The translations under genes and the position numbers were made by a program. A stretch of DNA of 64,000 nucleotides from Candidatus Versatilivorator sp. GTDB taxonomy: Bacteria > Acidobacteriota > Terriglobia > Versatilivoradales > Versatilivoraceae. The stretch is taken from the NCBI GenBank assembly GCA_965207735.1, contig OZ242296.1, positions 1,728,001-1,792,000 of the forward strand, in the 5' to 3' direction. Below are positions 46,455 through 55,320 of this stretch, piece after piece (position 1 is the first letter of the stretch; each line of letters opens with the position of its first letter). The notes under the pieces are model-generated. The model made no database searches, was not told where the DNA came from, and saw only the letters and a list, made by a program, of their open reading frames with translations.

Positions 46455-48194
46455 TTATCTTAGCAAGGTCAGACCGACAAGTCTTTCCGGGGGCGGACGT
46501 GTGAACAGGAAGCTGGCCAGGTAACCCACCAGCAGGTTCAACACCATGCTCAGCACTGGAATCCACATCCAGCTGATGGGCTCATGGGCCACCGTCACCA
46601 CTCCACCTTCCTTTTCCAGTAAGTAGAACAGCTCTCCGTTTCTTATCTCCCATCGGCGCCCCTCTTCCCGGACCAACACGGCCGCATCGCTCCTGACCAC
46701 GATTCCATGGGTCCTGAACCTCCCTGCCAGCCTCCTGGAGATCGCACCCTTGTCCAAACCCTCCGGGATACCTGACTCCACTGCGAACAGAGTCGTCTTG
46801 TTGAGGAAGGGCTGAACCATGGGCGGCAAGCCGTTGAACCCAAGCGACAAGGCGATGGCCGCCACCGCACCGCACAGGACACCTGGGGTATTGACCCTCT
46901 TGGACAAGATGCCCAACACGAAAAACGCAGCGATGGGAGCCGAAACCAGACTCGTCAGCCGCGTGAAATGTTCCCCGGCGGTGCCTCTCTGCTGGTCGTA
47001 TTGAGAGAGCGCAAACCCCAGCAAGACCAGTCCAAACCCCAGCGTGAGCAGCTTGGCCACCCTGACGTAATGGTCCTCGGATCGGTTCGGCTCCAGATAG
47101 CGCCGGTAGAAGTCATTGTTGGTGACGTTGCTCATGGAGTTCAGGGCCGAGTCGAATGTCGACATGAGGGCCGCCAGCACCCCTCCCATCACCAGGCTGC
47201 GCATGATCAGCGGCAGGTTCAGCAGAACAAAGTGGGGAAGCACCATGTCGGGATGGGTGATTTGCCGCTTCAGTTCCGGATGCTGGGAGTAGTAGGCCAC
47301 GAATCCCCAGGCCACCGGCACCGTGAACAGGACAAAACCGTAGCCGGTGACGGCGTTGGCCAGCAAGGCCTTGAACATGGTGCGCCTGTCCCTGGTGGCG
47401 TGCATGCGCTGCACCGTTATCTGATTGGTTCCAAACGCCAGAGCTCGTACTACCGAGCCGGACAGCAATACCCAGAGGGTCCCCTCCACCGCCATGCTCC
47501 ATTCATGGGAAATGAGCTTGGTGTGGGGATGGCCGGTGCGCTCGGAAATTTGATTCGAGGCCAGGGTCCAGATCTCTATCGGGTCGAAGTAGGTCAGAAG
47601 AACGATGGCGATCATGAGGTAGCCGCCCACAAAGACCACGTACTGGACCACATCGGTCCAGATGACGGCCCTCATCCCGCCCAGCACGGTATAGAAGGCG
47701 CCCAGCAGCCCGATGACCAGCAGGCACAGCCGCCCGTCGAAACCGCTCACCGATTCAAATCCCTTGGAAGCCGCGACCAGGCCGGTGGAGAGCCAGAAGA
47801 CGGTATAGATGATGAACAGCATGGCGCCGATCGAGCGGACGGCGGGATGAAACCGTTTCTCCAGGTATTCGTAGATCGACAGCACTCGCAGGCGCGCCCA
47901 GATGGGAACCCAGAGGGCAGCGGTCGGAAGAACCATCAGGAACTCGATCAAGCCCCCCGTAATGGAGCTGCGGGTGTCCCGTTCGAAGATCCAACCGGGA
48001 AGAGCCAGGTAGCTGATCGGACTCAGGTGGGTTGCAATCAGCGAGATGCCCACCGCCCACCAGGGCAGATTGCCGCCGGCGTGAAAGTACTCCTTGAGGC
48101 TCTTCTGCCGGCCTGAGAAGAGGATGCCCATGACCACCATCGAGGCCAGGTAGATCCCGATCACCAGGTAGTCGAAGATGGAGAACTTGTCCAT
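46455..48194 (-). CDS. Sodium:solute symporter (SiaT-like subfamily)
   Basis: LPWWAVGISLIAT, SIYEYLEKRF, GGMRAVIWTDVVQ, AALMSTFDSALNS. Confidence 0.92.
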   Translation of the reverse strand: MDKFSIFDYLVIGIYLASMVVMGILFSGRQKSLKEYFHAGGNLPWWAVGISLIATHLSPISYLALPGWIFERDTRSSITGGLIEFLMVLPTAALWVPIWARLRVLSIYEYLEKRFHPAVRSIGAMLFIIYTVFWLSTGLVAASKGFESVSGFDGRLCLLVIGLLGAFYTVLGGMRAVIWTDVVQYVVFVGGYLMIAIVLLTYFDPIEIWTLASNQISERTGHPHTKLISHEWSMAVEGTLWVLLSGSVVRALAFGTNQITVQRMHATRDRRTMFKALLANAVTGYGFVLFTVPVAWGFVAYYSQHPELKRQITHPDMVLPHFVLLNLPLIMRSLVMGGVLAALMSTFDSALNSMSNVTNNDFYRRYLEPNRSEDHYVRVAKLLTLGFGLVLLGFALSQYDQQRGTAGEHFTRLTSLVSAPIAAFFVLGILSKRVNTPGVLCGAVAAIALSLGFNGLPPMVQPFLNKTTLFAVESGIPEGLDKGAISRRLAGRFRTHGIVVRSDAAVLVREEGRRWEIRNGELFYLLEKEGGVVTVAHEPISWMWIPVLSMVLNLLVGYLASFLFTRPPPERLVGLTLLR

Positions 48195-48359
48195 GAGCGG
48201 AAGCATACAACACTTCATCCATGGCAAACGAGGTTGGGGAAGCGTAGCCGCATTTCTCACCGGGGGTGAGAACATGGCTCCAGATTTTCACTTTCAGCAC
48301 GCGCTCGCGACTGACGAGCGTAACCGGTATCGCGTTCGAAAAAGCCTATGCGCGCCTCA

Positions 48360-48935
48360 GGCAAGCCGGGCCCCCGCCGTGCCAGGCGGATCATTCAGAG
48401 GAGAAACAGCCAGCTGTTTGCGTTTTGGAAAGAGACAGGATTAATAGGACCAGAGGCCGCTGCACGGGACGCTGACTGGGAATCGGGGCGTTGGGCACGG
48501 CCAAGGCCCGCCACGGGGAAGATCAATCGAGAAGGACTAAGAATTGAACATGGATGCACAGGATGCACAGGATGCACAGGACGAGAGCTTCCTGCACCAG
48601 AAGCCAACTCGGGCGATGATCCGGTGCGGATTTGCAGATTCCCGGCAGTAGAAGCCAGCCGTTTCCTGAAGAATCCTGTGAATCCTGTGCATCGATGTTA
48701 ATGATCTCCTTAAATCACGATGGGGTCGGAAGCCCCCCACTGGCTCCGCCGCGGTCCTTGTTGCTTCTTCGCGGACAAATCCTCTTTGTCCCTTGTGTCC
48801 TTCGTTGACCCCCTTGCCGACCTTCGCCCCATCCCTCTTGAGCCTTCTCCAGCGCCTTGGTGGACCTTCGTCGTCCTTCGTGTGTCTTCGTGGATTCCTC
48901 TTTTTCTTTTTTCTTTTTCGGTTGTTTCAGACAAG
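48360..48935 (+). repeat. Single type-B GRCAAG-family element
   Basis: CTCA-GGCAAG-CC on the left and GGTTGTTTCA-GACAAG-CC on the right; the first ~340 bp closely match 58735-59060. Confidence 0.85.
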
Positions 48936-49132
48936 CCAAGCCGCGCCCGGGCTTAGCTGAAACCGGAGATGGGCGCGCCTTTGACCCTCCCTGTCGGGCC
49001 GTGATAGGCTTCGCGACGAAAACCGGTCAAGGGGCGCTCCTTGGCCTCCATCCCAACGCAAATGTGGCTTACCGGGAGATTCCACGGCGGTGGCGCCGGT
49101 AGCCCGGCCGGCCGCCTCGACCCAACACCCCC

Positions 49133-50545
49133 ATGCCTGAAGAACGTTCTGACCCGTCGACTCGACAACGCCGCAACGGTGAACTCCTGCTCAGCCGGCG
49201 GAGATTTCTGGCCGCCGGCACGGGCGGCCTGGTTGCAGCTGCGGGGGCGTTGACCCCCAATATGGCGGCGCTGGCGGCAAAGCGCACCTCGGATTCTGTC
49301 CACGGACGCATTACCATCACCGACATCGAGGCTCACGACATCAAGCTGGACTATCTCGACTGGCTCCACTACGAATTGAATCACTTCTACGGTCCCACCC
49401 GTCGAACCGTCTACGTGGTGCATACCGACAAGGGTTTCTACGGACTGGGGGAGGGCCGCAGGGAACCCGAGGACGTGCTGCAGAAATACATCGGCACCAG
49501 TCCCTTCGACTGGGTCGGAGACGAGACTTCCGTCCCCATGGTCAAGGCCATGTACGATCTGATGGGCAAGGCGGCCGGGGTCCCCGTCTACAAGCTCTTC
49601 GGCCAGCGCTACCGCCGCTGGGTGCCCGTCGGCTCCTGGACGGTCTCCACCCACCCCTCGGAGATGGCCGATGCCGTCCGGAACTATGCGGCCATGGGCT
49701 ACACCTGGATGAAGTACCACCTATCGCCCTTCGAGAACGTATTCGATCAACTCGAGGCCATGGAGCAGGTGGCTCCCCCGGGTTTCAAGCTTCAGTTCGA
49801 CCTCACCCGCTTCCACCACTACGGGCACAACCCCGACCTGGTGGAGAGGGTGGCGCGCTCGCCGATCGCCGGCTCCTTCGAGGACCCCCTGGATACCACC
49901 GACGTCGACGCCTACATCGACCTCCGCAAACGCATCCGCCTACCGATCCTGATCCACGGCAGCAAATTCAACCACAGCTTCGACGTGCTGCGCCGCGCCG
50001 CCGACGGCTACATCATCGGGCACCACAAGCTGGGGATGATCCTGCAACGGGCCGGACTGTTCGCGGCAGCCGGCGTACCCTTCATGATCCAATGGGTCGG
50101 CGGCCACATCACCCGGGCCATGACCACCCATATGCAGGCCGCCTTCAAGACCGCCAGCCTGCACTTCCACTGCGACGCCGAAACCTGGAAATCGGACGTG
50201 GTCAAGGAGCGGCTGGAGCCTATCAACGGATTCCTGCGAGTGCCGGAGCGGCCCGGGCTGGGGGTCACCCTCGATCGTGAAGAACTGGAGCGCCTCAAGC
50301 ACAACAACCCGCCGGAGCAGCCCCCCTATATCCTCAAGACCCGTTTCCGCAACGGCACCACCATGTACAACATCATGAGCCCCGAGAAGTCCCACTTCAT
50401 GGTTCTGCCTAATCGTTGGCGCCTGATGCCCATGAGCTTCGATTGGCCCGTCTCCAGCCAGTATTGGGACGACGACGGATCCGAGGAGTACCGAGCCATG
50501 TTCCGGCGGCTGCAGACCGAAGAAATGGTGTTCCGAAAGGAATGA
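49133..50545 (+). CDS. Mandelate racemase/muconate lactonizing enzyme family protein with Tat signal
   Basis: SRRRFL, YDLMGKAAGVPVYKLFG, WMKYH, FEDP, PERPGLGV. Confidence 0.85.
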   Translation: MPEERSDPSTRQRRNGELLLSRRRFLAAGTGGLVAAAGALTPNMAALAAKRTSDSVHGRITITDIEAHDIKLDYLDWLHYELNHFYGPTRRTVYVVHTDKGFYGLGEGRREPEDVLQKYIGTSPFDWVGDETSVPMVKAMYDLMGKAAGVPVYKLFGQRYRRWVPVGSWTVSTHPSEMADAVRNYAAMGYTWMKYHLSPFENVFDQLEAMEQVAPPGFKLQFDLTRFHHYGHNPDLVERVARSPIAGSFEDPLDTTDVDAYIDLRKRIRLPILIHGSKFNHSFDVLRRAADGYIIGHHKLGMILQRAGLFAAAGVPFMIQWVGGHITRAMTTHMQAAFKTASLHFHCDAETWKSDVVKERLEPINGFLRVPERPGLGVTLDREELERLKHNNPPEQPPYILKTRFRNGTTMYNIMSPEKSHFMVLPNRWRLMPMSFDWPVSSQYWDDDGSEEYRAMFRRLQTEEMVFRKE

Positions 50546-50835
50546 TCGCTACCGGCAATCCGCCCAGACGCCTGGAGATTACCCGCCGGGACGGGGGGTG
50601 CATGACCTGCTACCACTGGCCGGGTCCAGGTCCTTCATTGCTGCTCATCCCGGTACTGGAGCTGTGGGGTGACCGCAACCGGCCCCGCCCCAGCCGCCGG
50701 CAGATGAGAATTCCGGAGCGGCCCAACATCCAGTTGCAATGGATGGCCGGAGCCTCCCATTCGCTTCCGCTGGAGAGACCGCAAGAGGTTGCCGAAGCGA
50801 TCAACCGATTCGTCTTTTCCCTGGACGGTTCCTAA
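50542..50835 (+). pseudogene. Internally deleted alpha/beta hydrolase
   Basis: N-terminal GPSLLLIP is fused directly to C-terminal PVLELWGD...GASHSLPLERPQEVAEAINRF; the nucleophile region is absent; ATGA overlap with the upstream gene. Confidence 0.7.
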
Positions 50836-50868
50836 CCCACATTTTTCAAGGAGCGCCGGATTTCGTCC

Positions 50869-52557
50869 ATGAACGACTTGCCACAGCCTACAACCCGCAG
50901 AAGCTTCCTGCACACCGCATCGATGGCCGGGGCCGGCCTGTGGGCAGGCCAGGCAGCCTGCCGGACCGATTCCGATCCCGGGACGGAACCCGACGGCGCC
51001 CCGCCATCCAGCCGATTCGACTGCGTGGTCGTGGGAGGATCCCCCGGAGGAATTGCCGCGGCCGTGACCGCCGCGCGCATGGGACGCTCGGTGGCTCTGG
51101 TGGAGGAAAACGCCCACCTGGGCGGCATGTCCGCCAGCGGCCTGGGCAAGAGCGACATCGAGAACCGTGCGGCCATACGGGGGTTTTTCGCCGAATTCGT
51201 TGAGCGTATCCACCGGCACTACCTGGATAAGTACGGTCCCGACTCGGAAAACGTCCGCTTGTGCCGGAAGGGCTACTATTACGAGCCCTCGGTGGCTGAA
51301 GCCACCTTCGACAGGATGGTGGAAGAGCAGTCCTCCATCAGCCTGCTGAAGTCCCACCGCTTCCAGTCCACCATCACTCGAGAGGGAACCGCATGCGGGG
51401 TGGCGGTCCAGGACCGTCGAACCGGCGTTCAAAAACGACTGTCGGCCCGGCTGGTGATCGACGCCACCTACGAAGGAGACGCCTATGCCTCCGCCGGGGC
51501 CCGCTATCGGTTGGGCCGGGAATCCCGGGATGAGTTCGGGGAACCCCACGCCGGGGTGATCTATTTCGACTACCGCAAGCGGGTGTTTTTGCCGGGGTCC
51601 ACCGGTGAGGGAGACCGGCGCCTGCCGGCCTACACCTACCGCCTCTGCCTGACCACTGACCCCGACAACGCACACCCCTTGAGCGAACCGCCCCTCGACT
51701 ACGACCGTTCCCCTTACCTGGGCTACTTCGAAGACCTCAAGGAGGGGCGCCTGGCCGGACCCAAGCGCTTCAAGCTGGGCCGAGGCTACTTTCCGGACCA
51801 TTTCAACACGCTGGTACGCGCCCTGTCCGTGTCGGAGATTCCCAACCTCAAAACGGATGTGAACATGAATCCCCGGCCTCTGGGATTTCCCTTCGCCGAG
51901 GAGAACCAGGGCTATGTGGAGGGGAACCGGGAGGTCCGGCGGGAGATCCGGACCAGGATCCGCAACCTGACGCTGGGCCTGCTGTGGTTCCTGCAGCAGG
52001 ATACGGAGGCGCCTCCGGCCCATCGCCGCATAGCCCAGCAGTATCACCTGCCCCTGGACGAGTTCACCGACAACGGGCACTTTCCCTTTCAGCTCTACGT
52101 CCGCGAGGCGCGCCGCCTGGTCGGCCTGTACACGTTGACGGAACTGGATGTCAGCCGGAACCAGGCCAGGCCGGAGGCCGGCCGCTTCGAGGATGCGGTG
52201 GCCGTGGGCGAGTTTCCCGTCGACAGCTTTCCGGTGCGCAAGCGCCAGCCCGGTGACACGACCGTACTGGAGGGATATTTATACATGCTGGAAAACACCC
52301 GGCCCTATCAGATCCCCTATCGCATCATGATTCCGGAGCAGGTCGACGGACTGATCGTCCCGGTGGCTGCCTCCACCAGCCACGTGGCTTACTCCTCGAT
52401 CCGCACGGAACCGACCTGGATGGCGCTGGGTCAGGCCGCCGGCGTTGCCGCCCACCTGGCCCTGGAGCACCGTCTCCAGCCGCGCCAGGTGCCGGTCGGC
52501 CGGCTCCAGGAAATCTTGCGCCGCCAGGGACAGGTGCTGGATCTGGAATACTCCTGA
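50869..52557 (+). CDS. Tat-exported FAD-dependent oxidoreductase
   Basis: TRRSFL, VVVGGSPGG, IDATYEGD, LYVREARRL, PYQIPYR, IRTEPTWMALGQAAG. Confidence 0.88.
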   Translation: MNDLPQPTTRRSFLHTASMAGAGLWAGQAACRTDSDPGTEPDGAPPSSRFDCVVVGGSPGGIAAAVTAARMGRSVALVEENAHLGGMSASGLGKSDIENRAAIRGFFAEFVERIHRHYLDKYGPDSENVRLCRKGYYYEPSVAEATFDRMVEEQSSISLLKSHRFQSTITREGTACGVAVQDRRTGVQKRLSARLVIDATYEGDAYASAGARYRLGRESRDEFGEPHAGVIYFDYRKRVFLPGSTGEGDRRLPAYTYRLCLTTDPDNAHPLSEPPLDYDRSPYLGYFEDLKEGRLAGPKRFKLGRGYFPDHFNTLVRALSVSEIPNLKTDVNMNPRPLGFPFAEENQGYVEGNREVRREIRTRIRNLTLGLLWFLQQDTEAPPAHRRIAQQYHLPLDEFTDNGHFPFQLYVREARRLVGLYTLTELDVSRNQARPEAGRFEDAVAVGEFPVDSFPVRKRQPGDTTVLEGYLYMLENTRPYQIPYRIMIPEQVDGLIVPVAASTSHVAYSSIRTEPTWMALGQAAGVAAHLALEHRLQPRQVPVGRLQEILRRQGQVLDLEYS

Positions 52558-52604
52558 ACCGGACCGGCGTCCAGCGAATCGTCACCAACCCACGGGTGGT
52601 TCCG

Positions 52605-54053
52605 ATGCCCCGCGGCTATTTTCGTTACCAATCGTTGGAGGAGTTGGACCAGGCGGCCCGTCAGCTCGGGCTGGACCTGCGCCTGGAACCCGACACCCGG
52701 CGCGTCAGCAGCCTGCTGGGACGGCCGGTCCCAATCGGCCACTACCGCGCCGGCAACTCCCTGGCCATCCATCCCATGGAGGGGTGCGACGGCACCCCCC
52801 TCGGCGAGCCGGGTGACCTCACCTACCGGCGATACGATCGATTTGCCCGAGGCGGAGCCAAGCTGATCTGGTTCGAGGCTACTGCCGTGGTCCCGGAAGG
52901 CAGGGCCAATCCCAGGCAGTTGCTGCTCAACCAGGCCAACGCCAAGTCCGTGCAGTCGCTGTTGGATCGAACCCTGGCGGCTCACCGGGAGGTCCATGGA
53001 TCGGTGGACGACCTGGTAGTGGTCTTGCAACTGACCCATTCAGGCCGCTACAGCCATCCTCGGCCCCTACTCTGCCACCACCACCCCATCCTGGACCGGC
53101 TGACCTACCTGGACGGTTCCAGGCGAGTGCCTCTGCCCGCGGATTACCCACTGATGGACGATGCCTCCATCGAACGGCTGGAAGACGCCTACGCCCGGGC
53201 CGCGGGCCTGGCCGCCGCCATCGGGTTTCACGGGATCGACATCAAGCTGACCCACGGCTACTTCGGCAATGAACTGCTGGGGGCCAAGACCAGGAAGGGC
53301 CGCTACGGAGGAGGTCTGCACAACCGGACTCGTTTTCTCAGAAACGCGATCGAAAAAATCAAGGCCGCCACCCACAAACAGTTCCTGCTGGCTTCCCGGA
53401 TCGGAGTCTTCGACGGGCTCCCCTACCGAGCCGGAACAGACAACGGACGGGCTGAGCCCTGGCCCTGTTCCCTGCCCTACCGCCACGGGTTCGGTGTCCA
53501 CGAACAGAGACCTCAGGAACCCGATCTCACCGAACCCAAGCGGGTGATCGCCCTTCTGAAGCAATCGGGGGTGGGCCTGGTCAACGTTTCCATGGGAAAT
53601 CCCTACACCAACCCCCACATCGGGCGCCCCTTCGAAAAGCCCGACGAGGGCAACTACCAGACCCCGGAGCATCCCCTTATCGGGGTGGACCGGCACTTCA
53701 GGCTGTGCGGGGAAATTCAGCAGGCCTTCCCCGACCTGCCCATCGTGGGCACCGGCTACAGTTGGCTGCAGCACTGGCAGCACCACGCCGGGGCGGCCAA
53801 CCTCCGGGACGGCTTGGCCACGATCATGGGCATCGGACGGGGAGCCCTGGCCTATCCCGATCTGCCCACCGACATCCTGACACGAGGGACCCTGAATCCG
53901 GCCACCACCTGCAAGACCCTGACCTTCTGCACCTATCTCATGCGCCAGAAAACCCATCCCTGGGGCCAATACCCCACCGGCTGCCCCCCTTTCGACAAGG
54001 AGGTCTATGGGCCCGTCATCAAGGAAGCCCGATCCCGAAAGCGGCGAGGTTAG
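52605..54053 (+). CDS. NADH:flavin oxidoreductase (Old Yellow Enzyme family)
   Basis: HPMEGCDG, EATAV..EGR, QLTHSGR, DIKLTHGY, YGG..NRTRF. Confidence 0.88.
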   Translation: MPRGYFRYQSLEELDQAARQLGLDLRLEPDTRRVSSLLGRPVPIGHYRAGNSLAIHPMEGCDGTPLGEPGDLTYRRYDRFARGGAKLIWFEATAVVPEGRANPRQLLLNQANAKSVQSLLDRTLAAHREVHGSVDDLVVVLQLTHSGRYSHPRPLLCHHHPILDRLTYLDGSRRVPLPADYPLMDDASIERLEDAYARAAGLAAAIGFHGIDIKLTHGYFGNELLGAKTRKGRYGGGLHNRTRFLRNAIEKIKAATHKQFLLASRIGVFDGLPYRAGTDNGRAEPWPCSLPYRHGFGVHEQRPQEPDLTEPKRVIALLKQSGVGLVNVSMGNPYTNPHIGRPFEKPDEGNYQTPEHPLIGVDRHFRLCGEIQQAFPDLPIVGTGYSWLQHWQHHAGAANLRDGLATIMGIGRGALAYPDLPTDILTRGTLNPATTCKTLTFCTYLMRQKTHPWGQYPTGCPPFDKEVYGPVIKEARSRKRRG

Positions 54054-54061
54054 TTCTGGAC

Positions 54062-55228
54062 CTACTCCTTCTCCAAAACCCAGCGCACGGCTCCCATGTG
54101 GTAGCGCTGGTGCTGGGGAACCCGGTTGCTGTAGTAGGCGGTCAGCAGGGTTCCGTCCTCCATCTGGACGGTCGAGGGATATCCGCCATCGGTGGTTTCT
54201 TCAAGGTTGACGATCCGGGTGGGACGATCCCAGGTCCGGCCTTCGTCCTCACTGGTGCGGTAGCCGATGCCGTGGTGCCCTTTCTCCCGAATCCCGTAGG
54301 TCAGCAGGATGCGCCCATCGGCCATCTCCAGCAGGTGGGCCGGATGGTGCCCGGGAAGCGTCAGGAGCCCCGACCTTACCCAGCGTTTCCCCTCGTCTTC
54401 CGAGACATAGAGCGCCAAGTGGCCGTCGGCGTGACTCCGGGAGGCAGCCAGCCAGCGATCAGGGCCCAGCCGCAACAGGGCCGTCTCGTTGTAGTCATGG
54501 GGCGCTATCTTGACGGCTTCGCCCCAACTCCGTCCGTCGTCCCGACTGAACAAGACGAAGGCGTTGGCTGCCCCTGGAATCTCATGGTAGAAGCTGGCCG
54601 CCAGCAGTTTTCCTTCTCCCTGAACGATGTCTCCAAAAGGAATCAGAAAATCCACCCCCTCCGGCAACTGCACCGCGGAGGATCGACTCCAGCTCCCGCC
54701 GCCGTCCGATGACCGCGCCACCAGCGTGGGCAGGATCTTTTCCCGGAAATCCCGGCCGCCCCATCCCGAGGCCAGCACCACCAGGGATCCGTCATGGGCC
54801 AGTCCGGCGGCCACGTTCATCCGGTTGCTTTCCCCCTCGTGAACGGCCGGGTTGCCCTGTTTTTCCCAGAGGCGGCCGTCCCGGCTGGACCAGCACTCCA
54901 CATCGCCGACGTCCAACCCGTGATAGGGCCGGTTGAAGATGGTCGCCACCACGCTCCCGTCCGGCATCAGGGTCAGGTTGGGCCAGGCACAGACGTTGTC
55001 GATGGCCACGAATCGTTCAGTTCCCTGGTGGAAGACGCCAAGCAACTGCCAGAGGAGGCCGCAGGCCAATCCAATGCCGACGCGACGCGGCCACGCCGCT
55101 CCGGATCGGATCGCGAGCGGCCTGGTCCAACCAGGCCTCGACGCCCGGGACCTTGTTTCTGCCGACATGATTTTGGTCGTATGGATCCGACTTGGCGGTT
55201 TGGGACGCGGTCGTGAGATGGGAAACAT
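54062..55228 (-). CDS. BNR-repeat sialidase-like protein
   Basis: Asp-boxes SSDGGGSW, SRDDGRSW, SEDEGKRW, SEDEGRTW; DGGYPS; start uncertain. Confidence 0.8.
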   Translation of the reverse strand: MFPISRPRPKPPSRIHTTKIMSAETRSRASRPGWTRPLAIRSGAAWPRRVGIGLACGLLWQLLGVFHQGTERFVAIDNVCAWPNLTLMPDGSVVATIFNRPYHGLDVGDVECWSSRDGRLWEKQGNPAVHEGESNRMNVAAGLAHDGSLVVLASGWGGRDFREKILPTLVARSSDGGGSWSRSSAVQLPEGVDFLIPFGDIVQGEGKLLAASFYHEIPGAANAFVLFSRDDGRSWGEAVKIAPHDYNETALLRLGPDRWLAASRSHADGHLALYVSEDEGKRWVRSGLLTLPGHHPAHLLEMADGRILLTYGIREKGHHGIGYRTSEDEGRTWDRPTRIVNLEETTDGGYPSTVQMEDGTLLTAYYSNRVPQHQRYHMGAVRWVLEKE

Positions 55229-55290
55229 GGTGACGTTGACCTCCGTCGTTCGATGGGTTATTACCTGCTCCTGAACCCCTCCCGTGACTA

Positions 55291-55320
55291 CTCTTCACTC
55301 TTCACTCTTCACTCTTCACT
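55291..55320. repeat. (CTCTTCA)x4 heptamer microsatellite
   Basis: Directly visible; contains the recD2 stop codon. Confidence 0.9.

Noticed and set aside
48348-48956. Small ORFs with recurring peptides ([26 protein letters not shown]), also near 18.3-19.5, 38.2 and 58.6-59.3 kb
   Set aside because: These are translations of the repeats; frames and lengths are not conserved between copies and there is no RBS.
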